Positions 1 to 10,079 of a DNA stretch of 64,000 nucleotides are shown one piece after another. Both the position numbers and the translations under genes were made by a program. The stretch is from Minisyncoccota bacterium (GTDB lineage Bacteria; Patescibacteriota; Minisyncoccia; Moranbacterales; UBA1568), in contig JBPPMJ010000003.1 of NCBI GenBank assembly GCA_051306005.1, positions 97,764-161,763 of the forward strand, read 5' to 3'. The notes below the pieces were generated by a model. It was given only the letters and a program-made list of their open reading frames with translations, was not told where the DNA came from and did no database searches. The number at the start of each line of letters is the position of its first letter. Within the stretch, counting starts at the first letter, position 1.

Positions 1-719
1 TTGACGAAAGAAAACTCCTCACCAGCAGGAATAATGATGTTTTGAAACTGTTTGAGCGAGCGATTGATATTGTAGATGCGATTTTTCGGCGATCCTTTGA
101 AATTGGTACTGCCTTCGCCAATCAGTTCTTTAAGCCCAAGACGTTCTTTGTCGCTTGCTTTGAGTGTTGGTTGTACGATTTCCGTCGGTAGGGTAATCTG
201 AATATTATCTCTCAAAGGAGCATTTAATACGGAAAGAAGTATATCCAAACTCTCCAGTTCTTTTAATTTTCGCCCGATTTTTTCCGGTTCGGCAACGACA
301 ATAGTTCCTTGTGTCACCGTAAAGCGTACATCCATCGGGTCTTGATTGATTTTTTCGGATAATTTGCTGATGAAATGTTTGAGCGTGTCGACATCTAAGG
401 TACTTAAGTTTTTTGTTTGAATATGCTGACTAGTATCGCGCGATACGGCAATAGCACAAATGATATCTGTGTGGGTACAAAGCATTGGATCTACTAGTTC
501 CGTCAGTACAGCTCTATCATAGACTGGACGTGTTTCCAGGTGCATTAGTCCGATGACCTCTTGCGGATTGAGGGTTTCCCTGTAATCACCCGCTTGGAGT
601 GTGAGCGACCCTTGAGTCATTGCTTGTGTAGTTACAGGATAGCAAAAGAGGTATCCACAAAGAGAGAGTATGCAGAGGTACCGAATATAAGAAGAGCAAG
701 CCTTGAGAAGAAAAAACAT
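1..719 (-). CDS. VanW-family protein, partial: N-terminal part in window, C-terminus runs off the left edge
   Basis: Minus-strand ORF with ATG at 717-719 and no stop before position 1. Translation has an N-terminal hydrophobic segment and ends ...IIPAGEEFSFV, which resembles the VanW domain PGEEFSF motif. It is absent from the ORF track because it has no stop in the window. Confidence 0.45.
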   Translation of the reverse strand, partial: MFFLLKACSSYIRYLCILSLCGYLFCYPVTTQAMTQGSLTLQAGDYRETLNPQEVIGLMHLETRPVYDRAVLTELVDPMLCTHTDIICAIAVSRDTSQHIQTKNLSTLDVDTLKHFISKLSEKINQDPMDVRFTVTQGTIVVAEPEKIGRKLKELESLDILLSVLNAPLRDNIQITLPTEIVQPTLKASDKERLGLKELIGEGSTNFKGSPKNRIYNINRSLKQFQNIIIPAGEEFSFV

Positions 720-824
720 AGAATGGGTTAGAAAGATGAAACGCAAAAACTGGTTCCAAGGAGCGGAACCAGTTTCAAAATCCCGCATTACTAACAAGGA
801 GTGATGCTGAATGCCCCAGAAACA

Positions 825-1361
825 TCAGAAACCGCGTACCTGAATCTTTTTTGTTTTGGTTGTATCGGCTTTTGGTAAACGAACCGTAAGAATTCCGTTT
901 TTCAAGGACGCATCAGCTTTTTCTGGCATTACGTCGACTGGTAGAAGGACAGAACGTGAAAATGATCCCCAGTAACATTCTTGATAGTAATAATTGCCGT
1001 GTTCCACAACCTCTTCGTTTTTGCGCTCCCCTTTGATGGTAACCATATCGTTGTTGATGGAAACATCCAAATCTTCGGGCTTGACACCAGCAATCGTAGA
1101 TTTAATGACGATTTCATTTTCAGTTTGGTAGACATCGATAGTGAGTTGTCCTTCAGTACCATCACTTTCGTTGGAAGTATTGAAAGCGGAAGGGGTCCAA
1201 GTCTCTTCGCTCCGATTAGCAAAAGCACGCGATGTTTCATTCATAGGAATGTTTGTTTCTTGTTCTTCGTTATAGATAGGCACTGACTCTGGGTAGCTTT
1301 CGTGGTCGACGCTTTGAGCCCCCGTGAGGCGTTCAAAGAAAGAGCGTTTTTGTTTTGTCAT
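825..1361 (-). CDS. Hsp20/alpha-crystallin family small heat-shock protein
   Basis: Alpha-crystallin domain signature (...TIDVYQTENEIVIKSTIAGVKPEDLDVSINNDMVTIKGER...GSFSRSVLLPVDV...NGILTVRLPK). Start placed at the internal Met (MTKQKRSFFERL); the ORF track extends to 1391. Confidence 0.85.
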   Translation of the reverse strand: MTKQKRSFFERLTGAQSVDHESYPESVPIYNEEQETNIPMNETSRAFANRSEETWTPSAFNTSNESDGTEGQLTIDVYQTENEIVIKSTIAGVKPEDLDVSINNDMVTIKGERKNEEVVEHGNYYYQECYWGSFSRSVLLPVDVMPEKADASLKNGILTVRLPKADTTKTKKIQVRGF

Positions 1362-1459
1362 AATGTATGCATATATTAATGGTACTGCCACATTTCAATT
1401 TCAGTATAGACGGTTTTTGAAAATGACGCAAGATAGTGTACGGAAAATTTGTTTGATAT

Positions 1460-1939
1460 TTAGAAGGGCAGGAGGATGCTAAAGTTATAGACGGCATGCA
1501 TGGTAATGGCCAAAAACAGACCAAAGAAAGCAAGTAACGAATACCTGGCGTTCAGTCGCAATGTGACCAAAAGAGTATTACTCGTCAGAATATGTAATGC
1601 TGTTATGCTCAATAGACTTTGCCAGGGTACACTGTGTATTGTATTGAGCATGAGGAGTATTTCTAGACTCGCAAAACCAATACCGAAGCCAATACCAGCA
1701 GGGAAGGGATGTCTTAGGGTTGTTTTAGATAGATGAGAGCAGGAGCGAATATATTGCCTCAAGAAAATGAATTTAGAGAGTTCTTCTATCAATACCATAC
1801 TGAGCACTGGCAAGATGCCGGTGAAAGAAAGAGTGAATGTGGCCAATATATCGGATGAATCTTCTATAAGAAGAAGTTCCAAAACGAGCGCACCGCATGC
1901 CGAGAGGAGGCCAAAAACAAAGGCGAGCGGTACGAACAT
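1460..1939 (-). CDS. Polytopic membrane protein, possibly a PrsW/CPBP-like intramembrane protease
   Basis: Multiple TM helices. Motifs EELSKF (EExxK-like) and HAVYNF (HxxxN-like) resemble PrsW/CPBP glutamic-protease motifs. Weak assignment. Confidence 0.4.
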   Translation of the reverse strand: MFVPLAFVFGLLSACGALVLELLLIEDSSDILATFTLSFTGILPVLSMVLIEELSKFIFLRQYIRSCSHLSKTTLRHPFPAGIGFGIGFASLEILLMLNTIHSVPWQSLLSITALHILTSNTLLVTLRLNARYSLLAFFGLFLAITMHAVYNFSILLPF

Positions 1940-1953
1940 AGCAGGGGAAAAAA

Positions 1954-4557
1954 TTAGGATAAGAACGTGATGTGTTCTGTGAGGTCCGCAATACGTTGTT
2001 TGGTGTCATGATACTTTTGTCGTTCTTCGGCGACGACTTCTGGTTTTGCGCGATCACAGAAATGCGGATTGTTGAGTTTGGTTTCCAACTGAATCAGGTA
2101 GCGTTCTTTTTCTTGTTTTTCATGTTCAAATCGCAGACGTTCTTTGGTTTTGTCAATAATATCGGCGAGATGGAGAAATACCGGTATCGTGTTTGATCGG
2201 ATCAGAATGGAATTTTCTGGAATGCTATCACTTGTGTTGATGGTTTGAATTCGTGCCAGACGTTGAAAAATTATAGCATTGTCATAAATGAGGGATGTGT
2301 CAAGTTGTTTCAAGACACTGAGCGTCATATAGTGTACCGGATCTATATGATACAGGGCACGTGCGTTGCGGATTTTGACAATGAGATTTTTGACATGTTC
2401 AAAACGTTCTTCATCAGTGTTGTCAGTAGACAGGGAAGATGCGGACGGCCAGACGGCCATCATCAACAATCCGCTATCATTAAAGTGAAAAGTTTGGTGA
2501 ATGGCTTCGGTGACAAAAGGAATAAAGGGATGCCAAAGTCTCAAAATGGTATCCAGCACAAAACGTAGACAAGCGTCATTTTTCTCGACCTTGTGCACTT
2601 CGACATACCAGTCCGCAAAATCATTCCAGGTGAATTCTCGGAGTGTTTCGGCAGAGAGAGAAATTTGCCGGTTTTCAAGCAGACGCGTGACTTCTCGTAT
2701 CGTAGTGTCCAATCTGTGAAGTATCCAGCGGTCAGCATCTGTATTGGCGACGGATGATGGCGTAGGAAGCGTAGTGTCTGTTTGTGTACCAACGTATCGG
2801 CTGATATTCCAGAGTTTGTTGATAAAGTTGCGAAAAGATTCTATTTTATCATCAGAGAGATTAAAATCGAGACCGGGCGTGGTACCGAGAACGAGACTCA
2901 GACGTACGGCATCAGCACCGTATTGATCGATGGCACGCAATACATCGATGCCGTTGCCCTTGGATTTTGACATTTTTTTGCCATGTTTATCCCGTACTAG
3001 ACCACTGAAATAGAGTTCGCGAAAGGGGACTTGACCAGTGTTATACACACCAAACATGATCATACGTGTTGCCCAAAACAAGAGAAGATCACGACCCATC
3101 ACCATCATGTCTGTTGGATAAAAATTCTGACTTGCTGGTGTGTCCGGATATCCTAGTGTTGTATAGGGCCATTGACCTGATGAAAACCAGGTATCAAGCG
3201 TGTCTTCGTCCTGTGCCCATCCATCTCCAGCCGGTGCTTCCGTGCCACAATATACTTCTTCTGTGTTGGTATCCGTTGATTTTCGATACCAGACTGGTAT
3301 GCGGTGTCCCCACCAGAGTTGTCGTGAAATACACCAATCATGTAAATTTTCCAACCAATGTATCATTTGTTTACGCATGCTTTCAGGATGAAAGGCAAGC
3401 GTGTTCCCCTGAATAGCTTGGATAGATTTTTGTTTAAGGGAATACGAGGGTGCATCGACGTTAACGAACCATTGTTTGGAAATGAGTGGCTCAATAGACG
3501 TTTGACAACGTTCGCATGAAGCAAGGTTGATGAGGTGTGCTTCTTCTTTGATGAGAAAATCATTTTTGGTAAGAGCTTCCAAGACTTGCATACGCGCTTC
3601 ATTGATAGAGAGGCCATGAAAGACGCCACCCAGTTCGGTGATTCTAGCATCCGTACCAATTACCTGCAGTGTCTTGAGGTGGTGAGTCTGTCCAATTTCC
3701 CAATCCAGAGAATCATGTGCTGGCGTTATTTTGACCGCTCCAGTTCCAAAAGCGGGATCGATACGAGGATCAGCGATAATGGGAATCACGCGATTGACCA
3801 ATGGCAGTATCACTCTTTTGCCAATAAAGGCATGATAACGTTCATCATTCGGATGCACGGCAACGGCAGTGTCTCCGAGCAGTGTCTCCGGGCGTGTCGT
3901 GGCCACGGTCAAGACCTCGGTTGAATCTTGAAGGGGATAGCGAATAAAAAATAATTTCCCTTCAGTCTCTCGATGCACTACCTCAACGTCAGACAGGGCT
4001 GTGGCACAACGTGGACACCAATTGATGATCCGTTCTCCGTGATAGATCATACCAGCCTGATACATTTTGACGAATGTTTCTTGGACACGATGTGACACCG
4101 CGGGATCCAAAGTAAATGTTTCCCTGGACCAATCAGCGGAAAGTCCAATACGCTTTTCTTGTGAGCGCATATACTCTGCCCGATCAAGACAAAAATTATA
4201 CGTCGCTTGATAGAAGGCTTCTCGACCAAGATCGTGACGTGTGCGTCCTTGTTCCGCGTATAGTTTTTTTTCAAAAACAACCTGTGTTTGAATGCCGGCA
4301 TGGTCTTTGCCTGGCAGAAGAAGTGTTTTTTTACCACGCATCCGAGCGAAACGACCAAAGATATCCATCACGGTATATCCGCTGGCATGTCCGAGATGCA
4401 ATTCTCCATTGGCATTGGGTGGAGGTAAGATATTGGTATAATGTGTCTCGCCAGTGAGATTTTCTGGTCGAAAAAAACCACTCTCTTCCCATGTGGTGTA
4501 GAGTCGATTTTCCCAGTCTTTTGCAGTGTATGTTTTGGGGATGTGGTCTGTTTGCAT
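1954..4557 (-). CDS. valS: Valyl-tRNA synthetase
   Basis: Class I aaRS HIGH motif (PPPNANGELHLGHA), KMSKS motif (KMSKSKGN), CP1/editing region and a C-terminal coiled coil. Start chosen at MQTDHIPKTY; alternative starts at 4569 or 4593. Confidence 0.95.
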   Translation of the reverse strand: MQTDHIPKTYTAKDWENRLYTTWEESGFFRPENLTGETHYTNILPPPNANGELHLGHASGYTVMDIFGRFARMRGKKTLLLPGKDHAGIQTQVVFEKKLYAEQGRTRHDLGREAFYQATYNFCLDRAEYMRSQEKRIGLSADWSRETFTLDPAVSHRVQETFVKMYQAGMIYHGERIINWCPRCATALSDVEVVHRETEGKLFFIRYPLQDSTEVLTVATTRPETLLGDTAVAVHPNDERYHAFIGKRVILPLVNRVIPIIADPRIDPAFGTGAVKITPAHDSLDWEIGQTHHLKTLQVIGTDARITELGGVFHGLSINEARMQVLEALTKNDFLIKEEAHLINLASCERCQTSIEPLISKQWFVNVDAPSYSLKQKSIQAIQGNTLAFHPESMRKQMIHWLENLHDWCISRQLWWGHRIPVWYRKSTDTNTEEVYCGTEAPAGDGWAQDEDTLDTWFSSGQWPYTTLGYPDTPASQNFYPTDMMVMGRDLLLFWATRMIMFGVYNTGQVPFRELYFSGLVRDKHGKKMSKSKGNGIDVLRAIDQYGADAVRLSLVLGTTPGLDFNLSDDKIESFRNFINKLWNISRYVGTQTDTTLPTPSSVANTDADRWILHRLDTTIREVTRLLENRQISLSAETLREFTWNDFADWYVEVHKVEKNDACLRFVLDTILRLWHPFIPFVTEAIHQTFHFNDSGLLMMAVWPSASSLSTDNTDEERFEHVKNLIVKIRNARALYHIDPVHYMTLSVLKQLDTSLIYDNAIIFQRLARIQTINTSDSIPENSILIRSNTIPVFLHLADIIDKTKERLRFEHEKQEKERYLIQLETKLNNPHFCDRAKPEVVAEERQKYHDTKQRIADLTEHITFLS

Positions 4558-4640
4558 ATCGCCTAGCATAGCATTTCTCACTCTATGTTTCAAGTGATGT
4601 GATTCTCACGAACAAGCAAAAGAATAGGATTGTTGGCACA

Positions 4641-5765
4641 TTATTTTTGGACGATGTTTTGAAAGGGGAGGTTGGCATCAGGCTCCAACGTAATCTTATT
4701 TTGCAACAATGTTTGACGATCTTGAGGTGACATCTGTGCATAACGATAGGCTGCCGCCACCCCAATCATGACCGCGTTGTCGAGTGAATAGGTGAATTCG
4801 GGCGTGCGAAATACGGTGTCAGGGAAGTACTTATTGACCAAAGTACGTAACCGGTTACGTAATCGTTCATTGGCAGACACCCCACCGGCGATGACAAAGG
4901 TGCGTGGCGCATAGCATTCGAGCGCTTTTTTGGTTTTGGTAACCAAGACATCGACAACTGCTTCTTGAAAGGCATGACAGATAGAAGCAATGAATACTTC
5001 ATTGCGTAGTGTTTCTGGTGTTTCTTTTTTGAGTGCGTAGAGGACAGCGGTTTTGAGACCGGAAAAAGAGAAGTCCAGTGTATCCATCGTGAGCATCGGA
5101 CGGGGGAAACGCTTGGTCCACGCGATGATTGTGTCAGGTGTATGTTGCGCACGAAACATATCCGCACGCTTAGCAACTTGGGGACCGCCAGGATAGGGAA
5201 GGCCGAGCATTTTCGCAACTTTGTCAAAAGCTTCACCAGATGCGTCATCTTGAGTCACCCCGAGGATTTCGTATTGGAAATGATTACGCATCAAGACAAG
5301 CTCAGTGTGTCCACCAGAAACAATCAGAGCGATGAGGGGAAATAGTGGTTCTGACGAGGTGATGGGGGTTGTGTCTACTGATTTTTCGGGTGCGAGAAAA
5401 TTGGCATAGATATGTCCTTCCAAATGCTGGATACCAAGCAGGGGTTTTTGCCAAACGAGAGAAAGTGTTTTGCCGGCACTCACTCCGATGACGAGAGCGG
5501 GCATCAGCCCCGGCCCCTGTGTGACCGCAATCAAATCTATATCCTGGGGAGTCATTGAGCCTTGTACCAGCGTTTCCGCAATGACTGGCACAATATTGCG
5601 AATATGTTCACGTGAGGCGATGTCTGGTACGACACCGCCCCATTGAGCATGGAGGTCAGCTTGTGAAGATACCGTATTGACACGTGCGCGAGCCCGCGAG
5701 CCATCCCATTCTACGATGGCGACTGCTGTTTCGTCACAAGATGTCTCAATAGCAAGAATATTCAT
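4641..5765 (-). CDS. tsaD: tRNA N6-adenosine threonylcarbamoyltransferase TsaD (Kae1/Gcp family)
   Basis: N-terminus MNILAIETSCDETAVAIV, GGVSAN motif and overall ASKHA fold signatures typical of TsaD. Confidence 0.9.
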   Translation of the reverse strand: MNILAIETSCDETAVAIVEWDGSRARARVNTVSSQADLHAQWGGVVPDIASREHIRNIVPVIAETLVQGSMTPQDIDLIAVTQGPGLMPALVIGVSAGKTLSLVWQKPLLGIQHLEGHIYANFLAPEKSVDTTPITSSEPLFPLIALIVSGGHTELVLMRNHFQYEILGVTQDDASGEAFDKVAKMLGLPYPGGPQVAKRADMFRAQHTPDTIIAWTKRFPRPMLTMDTLDFSFSGLKTAVLYALKKETPETLRNEVFIASICHAFQEAVVDVLVTKTKKALECYAPRTFVIAGGVSANERLRNRLRTLVNKYFPDTVFRTPEFTYSLDNAVMIGVAAAYRYAQMSPQDRQTLLQNKITLEPDANLPFQNIVQK

Positions 5766-5856
5766 AGTATCTCTACTGTAGCGAGGAGCGATGAAAATGG
5801 CAAGGACAAAAAAGACTCCCCAGTGCGCGACGGAGAGTCTTTTTAATCTACTTTAG

Positions 5857-5928
5857 TAGCCCCAAGGGGAGTCGAACCCCTCTTTTCAGGATGAAAACCT
5901 GATGTCCTAACCGATAGACGATGGGGCC
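5857..5928 (-). tRNA. tRNA-Glu (anticodon TTC)
   Basis: Reverse complement GGCCCCATCGTCTATCGGTTAGGACATCAGGTTTTCATCCTGA...GGGGTTCGACTCCCCTTGGGGCTA folds as a cloverleaf. Anticodon loop TTTTCAT, T-loop TTCGACT. Confidence 0.8.
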
Positions 5929-6028
5929 AGAAATAACAAAACAAAAAGCAGTAACTAGCACTGCCTCTTTATCGTAGCATGATAGTGTATTTTTGCAAGC
6001 GCCTGCTTGTGACACTGAACAACGGTGT

Positions 6029-7306
6029 TTATTGCGCTTCTGGCGTCGATATTTCTGTCGGAGAAAGGGTATTGGTCTGACAGACTTTGGCATAATACCG
6101 CGCACTTTTCCGGATGGTGCGTTTTTGGGTGGAGTAGTTTACGTGAACGAGACCAAAACGTAACCAATACCCCTTATCCCATTCAAAATTATCCAACAGT
6201 GACCAATAGAAGTATCCGCGAACATCTACGCCATCGTTTATAGCTTGATGCACCGAGGCAAGGGCTTTTGGAATAAACAATTGCCTCAAGGTGTCATTGG
6301 CGTCTGCCAGACCATTTTCGGTAATATAGATCGGTTTGCGATATGTTTTGAGTTCGATTAATGCCTGATAAATGGAAGAAGGGCAATATTCCCAGCCAAA
6401 ATCTGTTTGTACAATATTGGGATTTTTATTGAAGCCATTATCGATGACATTGCGATTATAGTGATTGAGTCCGATGAAATCTTGGTGCCTGCGGATGCGT
6501 TTGAGAAAAAAATGATTCCACCCGTAATCAGCACCATATTTGAGGAGGCGGTTAAATAGAGTAGGACGCGCCACCACAAAGGAGATTTGATGTTTTGCTA
6601 TACCAACTTGGATATGCGGAGCATGTGCTTTGAGTATGCGATAGGCTTGCTTGTGTGCCTGAATGAGATGATGGAGAGCTCGCAGATATTGCCAGAAACT
6701 TTTTTCTTGTGGAGGCCAGACACCATTCCAATAAGCGTGGACGGATTGGACATCGGGTTCATTGAGTGTGATCCAAAAGCGCGTGTCTGTACCCAGGTGG
6801 TGTATGACTTGTGCCGTGTACCGTGTGAAGTATCGCGCAAAATCTTTGGAGGTGATGCCACCTTTCTTGGCGAGCCAGACGGGAAGTGTCCAGTGCCAAA
6901 GCGTTATAAACGGTTCAATGTTTTTGGCACGCAGTACGTGAATAACTTCTCGATAGTGTGCGAGGGCACGATAATCAAAGACACCCTCTTGCGGTTCTAT
7001 GCGAGACCATTCCAAGGAAAAACGATAGGCATTACAATGGAGTTGTTCCAATATATCAACATCTTCTTGGTAACGAGTGTATTGTTCGCAGGCTCGCCCA
7101 GAAAGATAATTGTGTGGATCACTCGCTTGATCACGGAATTTATTCCAATGAGAATTGTGCTGAAATTTGCCCAAGGATTCTTTGGCGAGACGTGATGCGT
7201 TTTGTTTTTCCCATTCAGACCAATCATTGTGATTGTTGCCTTCTACTTGGTGCGCCGAAGTAGCTGTTCCCCAAAGAAAACCCTCGGGAAATGTTTGTTG
7301 TGACAT
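6029..7306 (-). CDS. Beta-glucosidase, glycoside hydrolase family 1
   Basis: N-terminal FPEGFLWGTATSAHQVEGN and the catalytic nucleophile motif ITENG are GH1 hallmarks. Confidence 0.9.
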   Translation of the reverse strand: MSQQTFPEGFLWGTATSAHQVEGNNHNDWSEWEKQNASRLAKESLGKFQHNSHWNKFRDQASDPHNYLSGRACEQYTRYQEDVDILEQLHCNAYRFSLEWSRIEPQEGVFDYRALAHYREVIHVLRAKNIEPFITLWHWTLPVWLAKKGGITSKDFARYFTRYTAQVIHHLGTDTRFWITLNEPDVQSVHAYWNGVWPPQEKSFWQYLRALHHLIQAHKQAYRILKAHAPHIQVGIAKHQISFVVARPTLFNRLLKYGADYGWNHFFLKRIRRHQDFIGLNHYNRNVIDNGFNKNPNIVQTDFGWEYCPSSIYQALIELKTYRKPIYITENGLADANDTLRQLFIPKALASVHQAINDGVDVRGYFYWSLLDNFEWDKGYWLRFGLVHVNYSTQKRTIRKSARYYAKVCQTNTLSPTEISTPEAQ

Positions 7307-7430
7307 AGTGAGTAAAGATAGACTATCTCCGTAGGACCTCTTGTCAGCAGTATGTTTCTTTGATAGTATAGCATATTTCCATCCCTGGAAACGATGCCGT
7401 AAATCGCTAGCAGTGTTATACTGATATTAT

Positions 7431-9146
7431 ATGCCAAATATCTCGTCGCAATCTTTTTCGTTTCCCGATCCAAAAACCACTGATCCGGCTCAGCGTCGTG
7501 TACAGAGAGCCTTTGAGATGGTACCTGGTTTTTTGACATGGACGACGTTGATTAGTATGGTAGCTTTTTCTTTTTTTCTACCGATATGGGCAGCAATGAT
7601 GATTATTGTTTTTGATATTTATTGGATTCACAAAGCGCTCTATATTTCCTTTTTTTCCGTCATTGGACAACGCGCGGTGGTGGAGGGTAAGCGCATAAAC
7701 TGGTGGGAGCGTTGTCAAAACAGCATGCATCCGGAACATTATCGGAACATGTTGCAAGAACGCATCGTGACTATACAAGAGAGTATGCGAGAAATGCCTT
7801 GGTTCGCGTTTCGCCAGCGCCGTATTATGAAACAAGAAATAAGGCGTACGCGAACTATTGTACGAGAGACGGAGGCCTTGATACCTATCAAAGAGCAGAT
7901 AAAAGATTGGCGTGATATCGTGCACGTGGTCTTGTTGCCGACCGCGGGTGAACCAGCGGAAATCATTGAACCAGCGTTACGGTCTTTGGCTGAGAATAAC
8001 TTCCCCAAAGAGCAGATGATTATTTTGCTTGCTACCGAAGAACGTGAAGATCCTGCTACGCGTCTACCAAAAGTTAAATATTTGAAGGAAAAGTTTTCCG
8101 GTATTTTCCGTGATTTTATCGTAACGACGCATATCGTGGCGGATGGTGAAATGAAATGCAAAGCTTCCAATGCCGGCTTCGCTGCTCGTGAATTGATGAA
8201 GTATCTGGATGAACATTCCGTTGATTACACACGTGTCATATTTTCCAACTTTGACTGTGACAGTGTCGCTCATCCTGAATATTTTGCCGCTCTCACTTAT
8301 CAGTACATTATCGACCCCAAGCGTCTACAACGTGCGTATCAACCATTACCGATGTATCACAACAATTTGTGGGATACCAATGCCTTTGTGCGTCTTGTGG
8401 TAACCGGATCATCTTTTTGGCATCTTTATCAGAGTACGCGTCAGGAAATGGTAACTTTTTCTTCTCATTCTGAGCCGTTCGACACATTGGTTAAGGTCGG
8501 TTTTTGGCCAATCAATATGATTAGTGAAGATTCGATTATTTATTGGAAATGTCTTTCATATTTTCATGGGGACTACAAAGTCCAGCCGATTCATCTTCCT
8601 GTTTCATTGGATGCCGTGTTGGCGGAAACGTATTGGAAAACTTTGAAAAATCAGTATAAGCAAAAGCGACGTTGGGCTTATGGCATTGAAAATTTTCCTG
8701 TCACGATGCGCGCTATCCTGCCTGACAAATTGATTCGTCTGCGGGTCAAACTTCGCATTTCTTTTGAAATGTTGGAAGGACACTATTCATGGGCGACGAC
8801 ATCGTTCATCCTCACGTTTCTCGGTTGGTTGCCTCTTTTGTTGGGTGGTAGTGCGTTTCGTGAGAGTGTTTTGGCACACAACCTTCCTTTTGTAACAAGA
8901 ACATTGATGACGCTCGGTATGGCAGGGTTGTTCATCTCCATTCCGATGTCTATGTTGTCCCTGCCACCGCGTCCAAAACGATACGGTAAGTCACGATATT
9001 TTTGGATGCTGTTTCAATGGGTGCTGATTCCAATCGTCGGATTTATCTCAGCCTTTCCAGCGTTGGATTCTCAGACACGTTTGCTATTCGGGAAATATTT
9101 CGGGGAATTTTGGGTGACGGAAAAAATGCGAAAACAAGAGAAATAA
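7431..9146 (+). CDS. Family 2 glycosyltransferase, processive (cellulose-synthase-like), integral membrane
   Basis: DxD-like FDCDS motif and Q(R/Q)xRW motif (QKRRWAYG) with flanking TM helices. Transcribed divergently from the GH1 gene. Confidence 0.7.
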   Translation: MPNISSQSFSFPDPKTTDPAQRRVQRAFEMVPGFLTWTTLISMVAFSFFLPIWAAMMIIVFDIYWIHKALYISFFSVIGQRAVVEGKRINWWERCQNSMHPEHYRNMLQERIVTIQESMREMPWFAFRQRRIMKQEIRRTRTIVRETEALIPIKEQIKDWRDIVHVVLLPTAGEPAEIIEPALRSLAENNFPKEQMIILLATEEREDPATRLPKVKYLKEKFSGIFRDFIVTTHIVADGEMKCKASNAGFAARELMKYLDEHSVDYTRVIFSNFDCDSVAHPEYFAALTYQYIIDPKRLQRAYQPLPMYHNNLWDTNAFVRLVVTGSSFWHLYQSTRQEMVTFSSHSEPFDTLVKVGFWPINMISEDSIIYWKCLSYFHGDYKVQPIHLPVSLDAVLAETYWKTLKNQYKQKRRWAYGIENFPVTMRAILPDKLIRLRVKLRISFEMLEGHYSWATTSFILTFLGWLPLLLGGSAFRESVLAHNLPFVTRTLMTLGMAGLFISIPMSMLSLPPRPKRYGKSRYFWMLFQWVLIPIVGFISAFPALDSQTRLLFGKYFGEFWVTEKMRKQEK

Positions 9147-9225
9147 CTACGTGAAAACTTTGGGCAGAGTCATACGTATCACTGGGTGTGAGTATGCCTT
9201 ATTTTTTTCTGAGAGTGCTAATTCT

Positions 9226-9849
9226 ATGTATATTCTTTTTGCTATTCAAAACATACTCATTGGTATTTCACTCATACTTTTGACTGGGATTCCATTGGTG
9301 GCATATTTTTTTGGGATTGATTCGACAGTGAGAGGGTATTTGTTTACGCTTTCTTTTGCTTCAGTTTTTTTGGTGATGATTATTCGTCCATTCGCTGATA
9401 TTTTTATCACACAATTGTGGTTACGACGTTTGGTGATTTTGCGTAAGGGCTTCGGAATTTTGTCGGCGTCCATCATTACCGGTTTTATGATAACGTCTAT
9501 TATGTTGTCTCGTTTCACCTATTTGGCAGATATGATAACACCAGCATTTTATTCTTTGGATGGATATGTGTTATTCGCACACTTAGGAGATTTGACGGGA
9601 CTGATTTTGTTATTGACGTCCAACCGTCTATCACAGAAATTGTTGAAACGTAATTGGAAACGGGTACAGCGTCTCTCGTATGTCTATTTTTATGCTGGTG
9701 GCTTGTATGAAGTTTTTGCTCTCAATAGTCTGTTTGCTCTATATGCCGTGTTGTTTGTGACCAACGTGACTGCATTGGCTTGGGCTGTCAAAAAAATTCG
9801 CAAGGGTACAGTAGAAATGAATCGTGAGGGATCAATTCCTTCAAAATGA
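9226..9849 (+). CDS. Polytopic membrane protein; possibly a ferric-reductase-like/MsrQ-like TM domain
   Basis: About 6 TM helices. The LRRLVILRKGFGIL segment resembles the LRRxLG motif of ferric-reductase TM domains. Weak. The ORF track start 9151 is also possible. Confidence 0.35.
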   Translation: MYILFAIQNILIGISLILLTGIPLVAYFFGIDSTVRGYLFTLSFASVFLVMIIRPFADIFITQLWLRRLVILRKGFGILSASIITGFMITSIMLSRFTYLADMITPAFYSLDGYVLFAHLGDLTGLILLLTSNRLSQKLLKRNWKRVQRLSYVYFYAGGLYEVFALNSLFALYAVLFVTNVTALAWAVKKIRKGTVEMNREGSIPSK

Positions 9850-10079
9850 TTTTTTTTCGAACAGACTGAGAGATTTTCATAAAAGGCATTGATTTGAAAG
9901 TGAGGGGGTCTTGCGAAAGCATGGCACGTGCCTCATTATCAACATTTCAGTAATTCGTGCGTTGAAGTTCATGCACAAAGTTTTAATAGGCTCATCTCTG
10001 AACAATAGGATGATATTTAGTTGCTCATCTGTGCGGTTGTGTCGCGGACTGCTGATGAAACTGAAGTTAAAGAAACATG

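Noticed and set aside
929-1286. ORFs 929-1240 (-) and 981-1286 (+) overlapping the Hsp20 gene
   Set aside because: They lie fully inside a well-supported CDS in other frames or on the opposite strand. No motifs. Typical spurious frames.
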